From Candidatus Babelota bacterium (GTDB lineage Bacteria > Babelota > Babeliae > Babelales > Vermiphilaceae), in assembly GCA_004375875.1 (NCBI GenBank), contig SOKE01000016.1, forward strand, positions 4,423 through 68,422: DNA of 64,000 nucleotides, given 5' to 3'. Below are positions 18,301-33,061 of this stretch, piece after piece (within the stretch, counting starts at the first letter, position 1; the number at the start of each line of letters is the position of its first letter). The translations under genes and the position numbers were made by a program. Under the pieces are notes generated by a model. That model worked only from the letters and a program-made list of their open reading frames with translations, did no database searches and was not told the DNA's origin.

Positions 18301-18930
18301 ATGATTCGATGGATACAAAAAAAAATATCACGGTTATTCAACGGTTTGTGGAAACTCTTTCGTAATGGATTTTTAACCATTCTCCCTATCGCATTAACCA
18401 TTGTTATCTTCAAAATAACGCTTAATCTTATTATTAGTTGGCTTGAACCGCTTAAACCATTTGTGCCTACTTATCTAGATATCCCTTATGGTGAAGTTGT
18501 TCTCGCTATACTTATTATTTTCTTATTCGGAACAATACTCAAAATATTTGTTATGCGCTCAATCATCAACACAATAGAAAATTTCTTGATCAAACTTCCC
18601 CTCGTGCGACCTATATATTCCGGCATTAAGCAACTGGTACAAGCATTTAGTGCACATGATAAAATTACATTCAAAAAGGTTGTACTTATTGAGTTTCCAC
18701 GCAAAGGCATATACAGTGTAGGCTTTCTTACAAGCGAATTGGCACCGGATTTAGCTCCTAATAAAGAAGAAAAATTCTATAATATCTTTGTTCCAACTAC
18801 ACCTAACCCAACCAGCGGTTATTTCATTATTCTGCCGGAACGTGATATTATTATTATCTCTATTACTCGCCAAGATGCAATGGCTATGATCATATCTGGC
18901 GGCATCATCCAACCAAAAAAACATTTTTAA
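18301..18930 (+). CDS. DUF502-family membrane protein
   Basis: Two TM helices plus the conserved LPLVRPIYSGIKQL...FPRKGIYSVGFLT...IFVPTTPNPTSGYFI...ISGG pattern typical of DUF502. Confidence 0.6.
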   Translation: MIRWIQKKISRLFNGLWKLFRNGFLTILPIALTIVIFKITLNLIISWLEPLKPFVPTYLDIPYGEVVLAILIIFLFGTILKIFVMRSIINTIENFLIKLPLVRPIYSGIKQLVQAFSAHDKITFKKVVLIEFPRKGIYSVGFLTSELAPDLAPNKEEKFYNIFVPTTPNPTSGYFIILPERDIIIISITRQDAMAMIISGGIIQPKKHF

Positions 18931-18959
18931 CTAAAAATTAGAAAAAAATAAAAATTTTC

Positions 18960-19406
18960 TTACCATTGGACTTGTTGATGAGGACATAAATTATTAACAT
19001 CAATATAAAAAGCAGGCAATTCCTCTTCAGCTAAAGAAAGATATGAAATTTCTTGTACATTATTACAAAATGTTTCCCCCTGGCCAACTTCTTGATTTGA
19101 TATTTTTTGCTGTTGCAGCGGAAAATTTTTTACAAATTTCCAGATTTCTTGAAACATCTCTCTTGGCAAAACTCTGGCAGGCGATTCAGAGCCTACCCGG
19201 AGATGCAATGCAAGTAGAAAAGTTAAAATTGACTTAGAATTCTGCTCACATCGCAGTTCCTCTCTCCGTAAAATTTCTCTATCCGCTAGTTGAGCATAAA
19301 ACTCTTTGTATTCTTCCGCCGCTTGCCGCCAAAAAGCTGGTCCACATGAATCCAATATAATGAAGTTGAAAAGCAGCGATAATACTAAAATAAACTTAGT
19401 TTTCAT
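18960..19406 (-). CDS. Small secreted protein, tandem paralog A
   Basis: Signal peptide MKTKFILVLSLLFNFIILDSC. The N-terminal ~55 codons are ~88% identical at nt level to 19452..19775. Confidence 0.45.
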   Translation of the reverse strand: MKTKFILVLSLLFNFIILDSCGPAFWRQAAEEYKEFYAQLADREILRREELRCEQNSKSILTFLLALHLRVGSESPARVLPREMFQEIWKFVKNFPLQQQKISNQEVGQGETFCNNVQEISYLSLAEEELPAFYIDVNNLCPHQQVQW

Positions 19407-19451
19407 ATTTTTCCATTAATCCTTTACATAAATCCTAACGCAACTCTATTG

Positions 19452-19775
19452 TTATTCACATTGAAAAAATTGAGAAGATCTTCTAATTACAAACAATCTC
19501 GGTACACAAATCATACACGGCAAGCAATTTAAATTTGAAGGTAGACCGCAGGCAATGTAAGTAGAAAGCAATAAAATTGACTGTTTAGGACTCTGATTAC
19601 GTTGCAACTCCTCTTTACGTCCTAGTTCCTCTCTCCGTAAAATTTCTCTATCCGCTAGTTGAGAATAAAACTCTTTGTTATCTTCTACCGCTTGCCGCCA
19701 AAAAAATGGTCCACACGAATTCAATATAATGAAGTTAAAAAGCAACGATAATACTAAAACCAACTTAATTTTCAT
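19452..19775 (-). CDS. Small secreted protein, tandem paralog B (C-terminal half diverged)
   Basis: MKIKLVLVLSLLFNFIILNSC...EFYSQLADREILRREEL is shared with paralog A. The remainder is unrelated and Cys-rich, so this may be a decaying copy. Confidence 0.35.
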   Translation of the reverse strand: MKIKLVLVLSLLFNFIILNSCGPFFWRQAVEDNKEFYSQLADREILRREELGRKEELQRNQSPKQSILLLSTYIACGLPSNLNCLPCMICVPRLFVIRRSSQFFQCE

Positions 19776-19941
19776 TTTTTTCCTCTATAGATAATGATTG
19801 AACATATGCTACACCAACCTGAACACGTAATAATTTACAATAGGTTAGCAAAAAAACATACTTATGTAAAATGTTTTTTATTAAGACAAATTAGCAAAAG
19901 TTTTCTTATGGAAAATAAAAAAACAAAGATTGTTACATTGT

Positions 19942-20967
19942 TCAACAATGCGCTTGAAATGAAGTTTCATCATAATCACTTACTGATTGAATATCCTGCG
20001 GTGAAAACTGACCAAGGAAAAATTTTATATAAAGCAACTCAATATAATAAGAACCAACGCCATTTTTGAGATTATAATCCATTATATACAAAAACTGGTG
20101 CATCTGCTTTAACTCTTCAGGATCAGCCTTCTTCCAATCCCATTTGAGAAATGCAAACGGCAATTTAAATCCTAACTGTTTTGCTTCTGCACTTTTACCG
20201 CTCTTTTTGAGATTCGTATAATGATAAGAACGCCACAAGATATCAGACCAGAAAGCAATCCAAAAAACCTCCGGATAACGAAGCCCTATCTTTGACCATA
20301 ATGAAAAGAACTCTTTTACACGTTTGGCCAAAAAATATTCACTCACCTTAAAAAGTGATTGCTCCGGATCAATCAAAATTGGTAGCCATTCATCACAAAA
20401 TTGTTTTGTATTATTTCCTAGCAGTTGACCGTATTGCAAAAGCAAACAGGCTTTATCAAGCGCAATAGTTGCTCCATAAGAAAAAAATGGCTTACTTATA
20501 TTCTTCAGCACCCCTGATTGTATTTTATTAAAGAATAGTGCAAGTTTTTCAAAACCTTCTTGATCAATTTTGATATCCATAGTCACACACAAACAATCTT
20601 TTTTAAGTTCAGCTTGTTCTCGCTCATTTATACAAAAACCAAGAATATGTGGACCTTTATAGCAATTAATATATTCAAACCAAAATTTCTTTTTCTTTAC
20701 AGGAAGCATTGAAATATTACCCAACCAATAAAAATCGGTAGTTCCCAAAAAACCGTAAATTTCAAGTTTACTCAAAATCTGTGCTTGTTCCTGTAATTCC
20801 AGATCAAGACGCTCCACATTTCCTTCAATCAAACGTTGCACTTTTTGTGATAAAAGCGAGAAAAAAAGAAGTGGATACACATTATCACGCAATAAAAAAC
20901 AGATAGTACAATACGAAGAAAGAAATGATGATTGTTCAAGCTTTTTAAGAAACAATAGTAACTTCAT
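19942..20967 (-). CDS. Hypothetical protein; possibly DNA polymerase III delta subunit (HolA)-like
   Basis: The ~340 aa length and all-helical C-terminal half loosely follow HolA organisation. No diagnostic motif is visible by eye. Confidence 0.25.
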   Translation of the reverse strand: MKLLLFLKKLEQSSFLSSYCTICFLLRDNVYPLLFFSLLSQKVQRLIEGNVERLDLELQEQAQILSKLEIYGFLGTTDFYWLGNISMLPVKKKKFWFEYINCYKGPHILGFCINEREQAELKKDCLCVTMDIKIDQEGFEKLALFFNKIQSGVLKNISKPFFSYGATIALDKACLLLQYGQLLGNNTKQFCDEWLPILIDPEQSLFKVSEYFLAKRVKEFFSLWSKIGLRYPEVFWIAFWSDILWRSYHYTNLKKSGKSAEAKQLGFKLPFAFLKWDWKKADPEELKQMHQFLYIMDYNLKNGVGSYYIELLYIKFFLGQFSPQDIQSVSDYDETSFQAHC

Positions 20968-21130
20968 ACAATATTAAGATACTCAAAAATAAAAATAGAA
21001 GCACAAACGTATTTATCCAATTTTAGCTAAATATTTTTACATCTTCGACACTAATTTCGTGAAGGTTTTTATAAAAGAAAAAGCAAATCATAATTCCAAT
21101 GATATCAAGGGAATAAACAACATATATTAT

Positions 21131-21913
21131 TTACTCTATCCCTCGCCGCTGCAAACTAAAAAGCTGGCCTTTTTCTTGATTATTGTCCTTTGCCAGTCGT
21201 TTAGAATAATGCAACAATTTCACTATTCCTTTGCACGCAAGTTGTCGTAATTGTTCAAAAATCTCCCATGAAAGAGCTGTTTTTTCGGCCGAACCTTGTA
21301 CTTCAATCAGTTTGCCAGAAGAGGTAAGAACAAAATTAAAATCTGCACCTGCTCTGTTGTCTTCAGAATAATCGAGATCTAAATAAACTTGATTATCAAT
21401 AACTCCAACTGAAATTGCAGCAAGTGCATCCTTTATGATTGATTCTGGAATAATATCTCTTTCAAGCCAATACTGCTCTGCTACTTCCAATGCTAAATAA
21501 GCGCCAGTTAAACAAGCAGTCCGAGTTCCTCCATCCGCTTGTAAAACATCACAATCAACCAAAATAGTTTTCTCACCTATATTATCAAGCTGCACTATGC
21601 TACGCAATGATCTTCCAATTAAACGCGATATTTCAACTGAACGGCCATTGCGTTTTAATAACGTAGCTTCGCGCTGCGTTCGTATTGTTGTTGCAGCTGG
21701 CAAAAGTGCATATTCGGCTGTTAACCAACCAGTTTTTGAGCCTTTCAAAAAGAAAGGCACTCCTTTTTGCATCATCACAGAACAGAGAACCTTGGTATTA
21801 CCCATCTCGAATAAAACATTCCCTGGAGCATAACCAAAAAGGTTATAACTAATCTTTACTTTGCGCAGTTGATTATATGTACGATTATTCTGACGCCACA
21901 TCATGCTGCTCAT
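21131..21913 (-). CDS. rph: Ribonuclease PH
   Basis: GNVLFEMGNTKVLCSV, RSVEISRLIGRSLR and DCDVLQADGGTRTACLTGAYLAL are typical of RNase PH. Confidence 0.9.
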   Translation of the reverse strand: MSSMMWRQNNRTYNQLRKVKISYNLFGYAPGNVLFEMGNTKVLCSVMMQKGVPFFLKGSKTGWLTAEYALLPAATTIRTQREATLLKRNGRSVEISRLIGRSLRSIVQLDNIGEKTILVDCDVLQADGGTRTACLTGAYLALEVAEQYWLERDIIPESIIKDALAAISVGVIDNQVYLDLDYSEDNRAGADFNFVLTSSGKLIEVQGSAEKTALSWEIFEQLRQLACKGIVKLLHYSKRLAKDNNQEKGQLFSLQRRGIE

Positions 21914-21948
21914 ATCTTTAAATAAAAACTATTATTTTATTTATTCTC

Positions 21949-24033
21949 TTATTCTCGATCCAGCAAACGTAAACGAATTTTTCCACTTACTGGATCGTAA
22001 TCTACAACTTCAACGAGAACAACATCTTCTAGTTTGAAATGCTTCATAAACGTTTTTTGCAGTTGTCGTGGAATATTTGAAATGTGGACAAGACCATCTT
22101 GACCTGGTACCAGCTCAACAAAAATGCCAAAATCAACAAAACGTCTGATCTTTCCGTGATATCTAGCCCCTTTTTCTATATCACCAACGAGCGTTTTTAT
22201 CCAGTTGACTGCCATCTCAATATTAGCGCCTGGTGCACCAAACACCTTTACTTGACCATCTGGTCCAATATCAATATCAGTGCTCGTTTTTTCAATAATA
22301 TCACGGATAGTCTTACCACGAGGACCAATAACAGTTCCAATCTTATCAGTACCAATTTTGAAATTAACCAATTTAGGCACTAATTCAGATAGTGTTGAAC
22401 GTGGTTCGCTCATAACAGAACGCATTTTTTCAAGAATATAAAGTCGTCCTTCACGTGCTTGCTCTAATGCTTTTTCAAAAATTGGTCGCGTCAAGCCACC
22501 TTTATATTTAATATCAAGCTGAATTGCTAACACACCTTTATCTGTACCAGCAACTTTAAAATCCATCAACCCAAATGAATCCTCAAAACCAGTAATATCC
22601 GACAGAGTTTTACATTCAGCATCTTTCGAGCACAACAAACCCATTGCAATACCGCTTACCATCTTTTTTATTGGTACACCAGCATCCATCAATGCCATGG
22701 TAGAACCACAAACTGTTGCCATCGATGAAGAGCCATTAGACTCCAAAATATCTGATACAACACGAATAGTGTAAGGGAATTTTTCTTTATCAGGCAAAAT
22801 ATAAGTAAAAGATCCCGCAGCTAAATGACCATGACCAATTTCACGACGACCGGGTCCTCTGAGTGGACGAGCTTCACCAACAGCAAATGGAGGAAAGTTG
22901 TAATGAAGCATAAAACTTCCAGAAATCTCATCCCCCATTATTCCTTCAATCTTTTGTTCATCTCGACCACCACCAAGTGTTACGCTTACCAATGCCTGTG
23001 TGCGTCCTCTCGTAAAGAGCGCTGAGCCATGTACAAATGGCAATATCCCAACTTGTATCCAGATAGGCCGAATCTCGTTGAAAGCGCGGCCATCAAGGCG
23101 TTTGTTTTTAGCAAGCACAATCTCTCGTAATTTACGCTTGAGCACTAATTCCCAAATATATAAGACAACCTTTTTCAGTTCCTCATTATATTTAAATTCT
23201 TCCGCATATTGATTAATAAAATCTTCTTTAACCACTTCAAAATTTTTGCTAAATGCAATCTTATCACTAATAAAAAAACTGCTAAGTAGGTTGTCATCTA
23301 AAAATTTATCCGCATTTCTTTCCCATTTATCAAAATCAAAACTGAGAACAACCTTCTCCTTAGGAATACCAACTTCCTGTTGAATCTCCTTCTGCCAGGC
23401 CACCAACTTCTTTATTTTTTCATGGGCTAGAAAGAGCGTATTAACTAACTCATTATCCGGCAACTCATCAAGTGAGCCTTCTACCATGCTCACGCCTTCA
23501 TCCGTACCAGCAATAAACAGCCTTCCATTAGAAGCAAAACTTTGAGCATAAATTGGATTAATAACCCAGCTACCTTCTAAATATGCAAGTTCAACAACAC
23601 CAACTGGACCCAAAAAAGGAATTTTTGAAATTGTTAATGCAAGCGAACTAGCAATCATTGCTAACGGTCCTGGAACATGTTCTTTATCAACTGAATAAAC
23701 AGTCGCAATTATCTGCACAGAATCAAAAAAACGCTCAGAAAATAGGGGTCGCAGCGCACGATCAATAAGACGACTCGTTAGAATTTCTTTATCGGTGGGC
23801 CTCCCCTCACGCTTAAAATAACCACCAGGAATTTTACCCGCAGCAGAAAAAAGTTCACGATATTCAACCGTTAATGGTAAAAAACCAGGGAATTCTCTAG
23901 CAGGTGCTGAAACAACCGTAGCCAGTACAATAGTGCCACCTTGTCTAATCCAAACAGACCCACTAGCCTGTTGCGCAAAAGTATTTAATTCAACTTCATA
24001 TCCAAAATCAGAAAATGTAAATTTCTTTGTCAT
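21949..24033 (-). CDS. pnp: Polyribonucleotide nucleotidyltransferase (PNPase)
   Basis: Two PH domains, a KH domain (GPRGKTIRDI) and a C-terminal S1 domain (YHGKIRRFVDFGIFVEL). It sits downstream of rpsO, as in most bacteria. Confidence 0.95.
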   Translation of the reverse strand: MTKKFTFSDFGYEVELNTFAQQASGSVWIRQGGTIVLATVVSAPAREFPGFLPLTVEYRELFSAAGKIPGGYFKREGRPTDKEILTSRLIDRALRPLFSERFFDSVQIIATVYSVDKEHVPGPLAMIASSLALTISKIPFLGPVGVVELAYLEGSWVINPIYAQSFASNGRLFIAGTDEGVSMVEGSLDELPDNELVNTLFLAHEKIKKLVAWQKEIQQEVGIPKEKVVLSFDFDKWERNADKFLDDNLLSSFFISDKIAFSKNFEVVKEDFINQYAEEFKYNEELKKVVLYIWELVLKRKLREIVLAKNKRLDGRAFNEIRPIWIQVGILPFVHGSALFTRGRTQALVSVTLGGGRDEQKIEGIMGDEISGSFMLHYNFPPFAVGEARPLRGPGRREIGHGHLAAGSFTYILPDKEKFPYTIRVVSDILESNGSSSMATVCGSTMALMDAGVPIKKMVSGIAMGLLCSKDAECKTLSDITGFEDSFGLMDFKVAGTDKGVLAIQLDIKYKGGLTRPIFEKALEQAREGRLYILEKMRSVMSEPRSTLSELVPKLVNFKIGTDKIGTVIGPRGKTIRDIIEKTSTDIDIGPDGQVKVFGAPGANIEMAVNWIKTLVGDIEKGARYHGKIRRFVDFGIFVELVPGQDGLVHISNIPRQLQKTFMKHFKLEDVVLVEVVDYDPVSGKIRLRLLDRE

Positions 24034-24108
24034 TAAAGTAGATTACCTCTTATTATTATATCTATTGAATTGAATTCCATTATAGAATTGCATTTTCACA
24101 GTTGATTC

Positions 24109-24378
24109 TTATCCTTTCAATCCAAAACGCTCTCTTACCAATTTATACCGTTCAGGATCATGTTTTGCAAGATATTTAAGGAAGTATCGACGTCGAGCTA
24201 CCTGAGTCAATAATCCTCGTTTTGACGCAAAATCATTGTGATTTTCTTTCAAATGATTCGTAAGCCGCCGAATATTCTCGGTCAGTAGTGCTACTTGGAC
24301 TCCCAAGGAACCACTATCATCAGGATGCAACCCAAATTCTTCAATGAGTTTCTTCTTCATTTCTTTATCTAATACCAT
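24109..24378 (-). CDS. rpsO: 30S ribosomal protein S15
   Basis: 89 aa; LTENIRRLTNHLKENHNDFASKRGLLTQVARRRYFLKYL. Confidence 0.95.
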   Translation of the reverse strand: MVLDKEMKKKLIEEFGLHPDDSGSLGVQVALLTENIRRLTNHLKENHNDFASKRGLLTQVARRRYFLKYLAKHDPERYKLVRERFGLKG

Positions 24379-24411
24379 ACTACTAAAAACCTCAAGTAAT
24401 AAAAAATCATA

Positions 24412-24441
24412 ATTCTACCTTATACCAACTTAAATTTGCAA
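24412..24441 (-). promoter_or_regulatory. Candidate sigma70-type promoter for rpsO-pnp
   Basis: On the minus strand: TTGCAA (24441-24436), an 18 nt spacer, then TAGAAT (24417-24412), about 34 nt upstream of the rpsO ATG. Confidence 0.35.
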
Positions 24442-24477
24442 AATATAAATTGATCCTACCCAAAAGGCCTAACTCAA

Positions 24478-24552
24478 TGGTAGGCGCGAGCGGGATTGAA
24501 CCGCTGACCCCTGCTACGTCAAAGCAGTGCTCTACCGCTGAGCTACGCGCCT
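24478..24552 (-). tRNA. tRNA-Val (anticodon GAC), CCA encoded
   Basis: The reverse complement is AGGCGCGTAGCTCAGCGGTAGAGCACTGCTTTGACGTAGCAGGGGTCAGCGGTTCAATCCCGCTCGCGCCTACCA. It forms a cloverleaf with a 7-bp acceptor stem, anticodon loop TTGACGT and a GGTTCAATCC T-arm. Confidence 0.9.
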
Positions 24553-27500
24553 ATTGATACACCCTCACTATCTTCAGCCGATTGTAGCTTCGGTTGCTGT
24601 TCCTCTTCTTCTTCTTTGCTGCCATCGCCAAGGTATTTCTCCCTGAACGATTTCAGGCCAGTCCCAGCAGGTATTAGTTTACCAACAATTACATTTTCTT
24701 TTAAGCCATAAAGATGATCTACCTGCCCCGAAATAGCTGCTTCTGCCAAAATTCTTGTCGTTTCTTGGAATGAAGCAGCCGAAATAAAGCTTTCAGTACC
24801 AAGTGAAGCCTGCGTAATTCCCATCAATACTGGTTTAGCAATTGCAACTCTTTTGCCTTCAGCTTGTAATAAAGAGTTGACCATCCCAAAATGTATACGA
24901 TCAATACGATCACCAATGAGGAAATCGGAATCACCAGGTTCAACAATACGAACTTTGCGTAACATTTGACGTACTATAATTTCAATGTGTTTATCATTAA
25001 TATCAACACCTTGTAACCTATAAATTTCCTGAATTTGGTCTACTAAGTAACGTTGCACTACACCAGGACCAAGAATACGCAATATATCATGCAGCACCGG
25101 AACACCGACAGTTAATAGATCACCTACACTAACTTTATCACCATTAACAACATTAAGCTGTTTACCGCGTGGTATATGATAATCATACGATTCTACTCCA
25201 GAGACCACAGAGATTTTACGCATACCACGATGTAATCCACCAAAAACTACTTCACCATCAATATCAGCCAAAACAGCTGGATCTTTTGGCACACGAGCCT
25301 CAAACAATTCTGAAATACGAGGTAAACCACCAGCAATATCTCTCGCTTTTGAAATTTCTCGTGGCATCTTAATAAGCACATCACCAGCTTGCACTTCCTG
25401 TCCATCAACAACGTTGAGATACCCTCCAGCAGGCAAGTAATAATGAGCCAACTCCTTACCGTCAGCATCTATAATACTAATGGCAGACTGATATTTCTCT
25501 GCTTTATGCTCAAGTACAATATACATTGATTTGCCAGTTGCTTCATCATAACGTTCATGTAACGTTATGTGATGAACCAGATCAACAAATTTAACAATAC
25601 CATTCTTTTCCGTCAATAATACTCTATTGTGTGGATCCCATTCTGCAAGCTTAGTATTAACACGAACTTCCTGCTTATCATTAACAAAAATAATTGAACC
25701 ATATTCAATAACATGACTCTGCAATTCACGGCCATCACGCGAAAAAATAAATAATTTAGCCTTCCTGCTCATAACTACATACTGGCCACGCTGATTAGTT
25801 ACCGTACGTATGTCACGCCAATGAACAACTCCATCCTTCTTGCTAATAAAGTATGGCTGCACTACCAAGCCACTTGCTATACCACCTATGTGGAATGTTC
25901 TCATCGTTAGCTGTGTACCAGGTTCACCGATTGATTGTGCAGCAATAATACCAACTGTTGTTCCTACATCAACAACTTCACCACGGGCTAAATCATAGCC
26001 ATAACAGCAAGCACAAATACCTCGCTTAGCTTGACACGTAAGTACTGATCGAACCTTAATTTCAGACACAGCAGAATTAACCAAAACCTGTAAATCATAT
26101 CTGCCAATTATATGACCTTGCTCAAATAACAACTTACCAGAAACTTGATCTTTAACCTCCGCTGCTAACACCCTACCAAATACCCGATTGCTTAATGGAG
26201 AAATAACATCACCAGATTCCTGCAAATCTTTTAGTTCAACATAGCCAAGAGTTCTACAATCTTTCATTGTAACAACAACGTCTTGTGCAACATCAACTAA
26301 ACGACGCGTTAGATAACCAGAATTAGCTGTTTTTAGTGCAGTATCTGATTGTCCTTTTCGTGCGCCATGTGTCGAAATAAAATATTCGAAAACACTTAAG
26401 CCCTCTTTAAAATTAGTAAGAACTGGTGTCTCCATAACCTCTCCTGTTGGCTTTGCCATAAGTCCACGCATACCAGCAAGCTGCTTAACTTGGTCCTTAG
26501 AACCACGTGCCCCAGAAGCAAGCATCATAAAGATAGGATTAAATGGGCTAAAGGTACGTTTTTTATTTTCAAATCCCTTCTCATCTTGCTCTTCAAGCCC
26601 TTTATACATAGCAGATGCAACACCCGAAGTTGCACTCCCCCAAATGCTAATTACTTTGTTATAACGCTCACCGTTTGTTATAACACCATCCATATAAAGT
26701 TTCTCAACTCGTTCGACCTCTTTATTTGCTTGTTCAATTATTTTTGATTTTTCTTTAGGTACTATTAGATCGTCTATTGCAAAAGAAATCCCAGAAATAG
26801 TCGCATAATAAAAACCAAGATTCTTAATTTTATCTAAGCAGACAACAGTCGCTTCTTGACCAAATTGGTAATAAATTTTTTCAATCAATCCAACTAAATC
26901 ACTCTGCATCATTACTTTATTAACCCAGCTAAAATTAGCTTCATCTGGCAAAGCATCATAGAGAAGAACACGCCCCGTTGTCGTCTCTACAATAGAACCA
27001 TCAGAAATACGAACCTTAATTTTTGCATGCAAATCAACTTGATTATACTGGAAAGCCGAAATAACTTCTTGAAATGACCCAAAGGTTATATTTTCACCTT
27101 TGGCATGCAACCGAACCTTTGTTATATAATACAACCCAAGAACCATATCCTGCGATGGCACAATAATCGGTCTTCCATTTGATGGAGAAAGTACACTAAG
27201 GCTTGAAAGAATCAGATTACATACTTCCATCTGCGCCTCTTTGCTCAGCGGAATGTGAACTGCCATTTGATCTCCGTCAAAATCCGCATTATAGGCAGCG
27301 CATACTAACGGATGAATACTAATCGCCTTACTATCAACCAAGACTGGATAGAACGCCTGAATACCCAACCGATGTAATGTTGGAGCACGATTGAGTAAAA
27401 TAGGTCGGTCTTTCACCACATCTTCCAAAACATCCCAAATAACCGGATCCAGATCTTCCACCATTTTTTTGGCTACACGCAAATTAGGTGCAACTTCACG

Positions 27501-28346
27501 TTCAATTAGACCAGAATAAATATAGGGTTTAAATAACTCCAAAGCCATAATCTTTGGCAAACCGCATTGATCTATATGCAATTTTGGATCAACGACAATA
27601 ACTGAACGACCAGAATAATCAACTCGACGTCCCAACAAATTTTGTCTGAATCTACCTTGCTTACCACGGAGTATCTCACTTAATGATTTAAGTGGTCGTT
27701 TATTGGAACCACGAACTGGCTGACCACGTCTGCCATTATCAATAAGAGCATCAACAGATTCCTGCAACATACGCTTTTCATTTTTTATGATAACCGATGG
27801 TGCATCAATTTCAATCAAGCGTTGCAATCTAATGTTACGATTAAGCACACGACGGTACAACTCGTTCAAATCTGAACTTGCAAAGCGTCCACCTTCCAAT
27901 GGCACTAGTGGACGCAAGTCTGGTGGTAATACCGGAAGTACCTCTAAGAACATCCATTCAGAACATAAGTTTGCCTGAATTAACCCAGAAACTATCTTAA
28001 TCCTACGAATAATTTTATGGCGCAGTGTAACCGATGTTATTTTACGATATTCTTCTTTTAAATTAACTAACTCAGCCTTTAGATCCATCTTGCCAAAGAA
28101 AGTTTTTAGTGCCTGTGCACCAGTGTCGGCAAAAAATTCAGTATCATTCGGGTTATTTTCAATATAGTTTTCCAATTCAAAAGTAGTAATCAGTGTTTTA
28201 CGTGGAAAAGGCGATTTTCCTTGAGTAATAACCATATACAGATCATAATAGATAACACGCTCAAGATCTTTAACTGGCATATCCATTATGAGCCCAAGGT
28301 AACTCGGAATACCCTTTAAATACCAAATATGACAAACAGGTGCTAC
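24543..28346 (-). CDS. rpoC: DNA-directed RNA polymerase subunit beta', portion downstream of the in-frame TAG (first ATG at 28286, conserved frame continues from 28346)
   Basis: Catalytic NADFDGDQM, bridge helix and trigger-loop regions are present. Codons 28346-28287 encode VAPVCHIWYLKGIPSYLGLI, which is conserved beta' sequence. The stop TAG at 24543-24545 lies inside tRNA-Val. Confidence 0.9.
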   Translation of the reverse strand, partial: VAPVCHIWYLKGIPSYLGLIMDMPVKDLERVIYYDLYMVITQGKSPFPRKTLITTFELENYIENNPNDTEFFADTGAQALKTFFGKMDLKAELVNLKEEYRKITSVTLRHKIIRRIKIVSGLIQANLCSEWMFLEVLPVLPPDLRPLVPLEGGRFASSDLNELYRRVLNRNIRLQRLIEIDAPSVIIKNEKRMLQESVDALIDNGRRGQPVRGSNKRPLKSLSEILRGKQGRFRQNLLGRRVDYSGRSVIVVDPKLHIDQCGLPKIMALELFKPYIYSGLIEREVAPNLRVAKKMVEDLDPVIWDVLEDVVKDRPILLNRAPTLHRLGIQAFYPVLVDSKAISIHPLVCAAYNADFDGDQMAVHIPLSKEAQMEVCNLILSSLSVLSPSNGRPIIVPSQDMVLGLYYITKVRLHAKGENITFGSFQEVISAFQYNQVDLHAKIKVRISDGSIVETTTGRVLLYDALPDEANFSWVNKVMMQSDLVGLIEKIYYQFGQEATVVCLDKIKNLGFYYATISGISFAIDDLIVPKEKSKIIEQANKEVERVEKLYMDGVITNGERYNKVISIWGSATSGVASAMYKGLEEQDEKGFENKKRTFSPFNPIFMMLASGARGSKDQVKQLAGMRGLMAKPTGEVMETPVLTNFKEGLSVFEYFISTHGARKGQSDTALKTANSGYLTRRLVDVAQDVVVTMKDCRTLGYVELKDLQESGDVISPLSNRVFGRVLAAEVKDQVSGKLLFEQGHIIGRYDLQVLVNSAVSEIKVRSVLTCQAKRGICACCYGYDLARGEVVDVGTTVGIIAAQSIGEPGTQLTMRTFHIGGIASGLVVQPYFISKKDGVVHWRDIRTVTNQRGQYVVMSRKAKLFIFSRDGRELQSHVIEYGSIIFVNDKQEVRVNTKLAEWDPHNRVLLTEKNGIVKFVDLVHHITLHERYDEATGKSMYIVLEHKAEKYQSAISIIDADGKELAHYYLPAGGYLNVVDGQEVQAGDVLIKMPREISKARDIAGGLPRISELFEARVPKDPAVLADIDGEVVFGGLHRGMRKISVVSGVESYDYHIPRGKQLNVVNGDKVSVGDLLTVGVPVLHDILRILGPGVVQRYLVDQIQEIYRLQGVDINDKHIEIIVRQMLRKVRIVEPGDSDFLIGDRIDRIHFGMVNSLLQAEGKRVAIAKPVLMGITQASLGTESFISAASFQETTRILAEAAISGQVDHLYGLKENVIVGKLIPAGTGLKSFREKYLGDGSKEEEEEQQPKLQSAEDSEGVSIGA

Positions 28347-32994
<4,648 letters not shown>

Positions 32995-33061
32995 AATAGC
33001 TCCTTATTAGCTACAAGGGGTAATCCATCCATTTTAAAAACGGCAAGTATAAACACAAAAC

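Noticed and set aside
19794-20069. Plus-strand ORF 19794..20069
   Set aside because: It overlaps the 3' end of the minus-strand 19942..20967 gene, has no RBS or recognisable domain, and lies in an otherwise uniformly minus-strand block.
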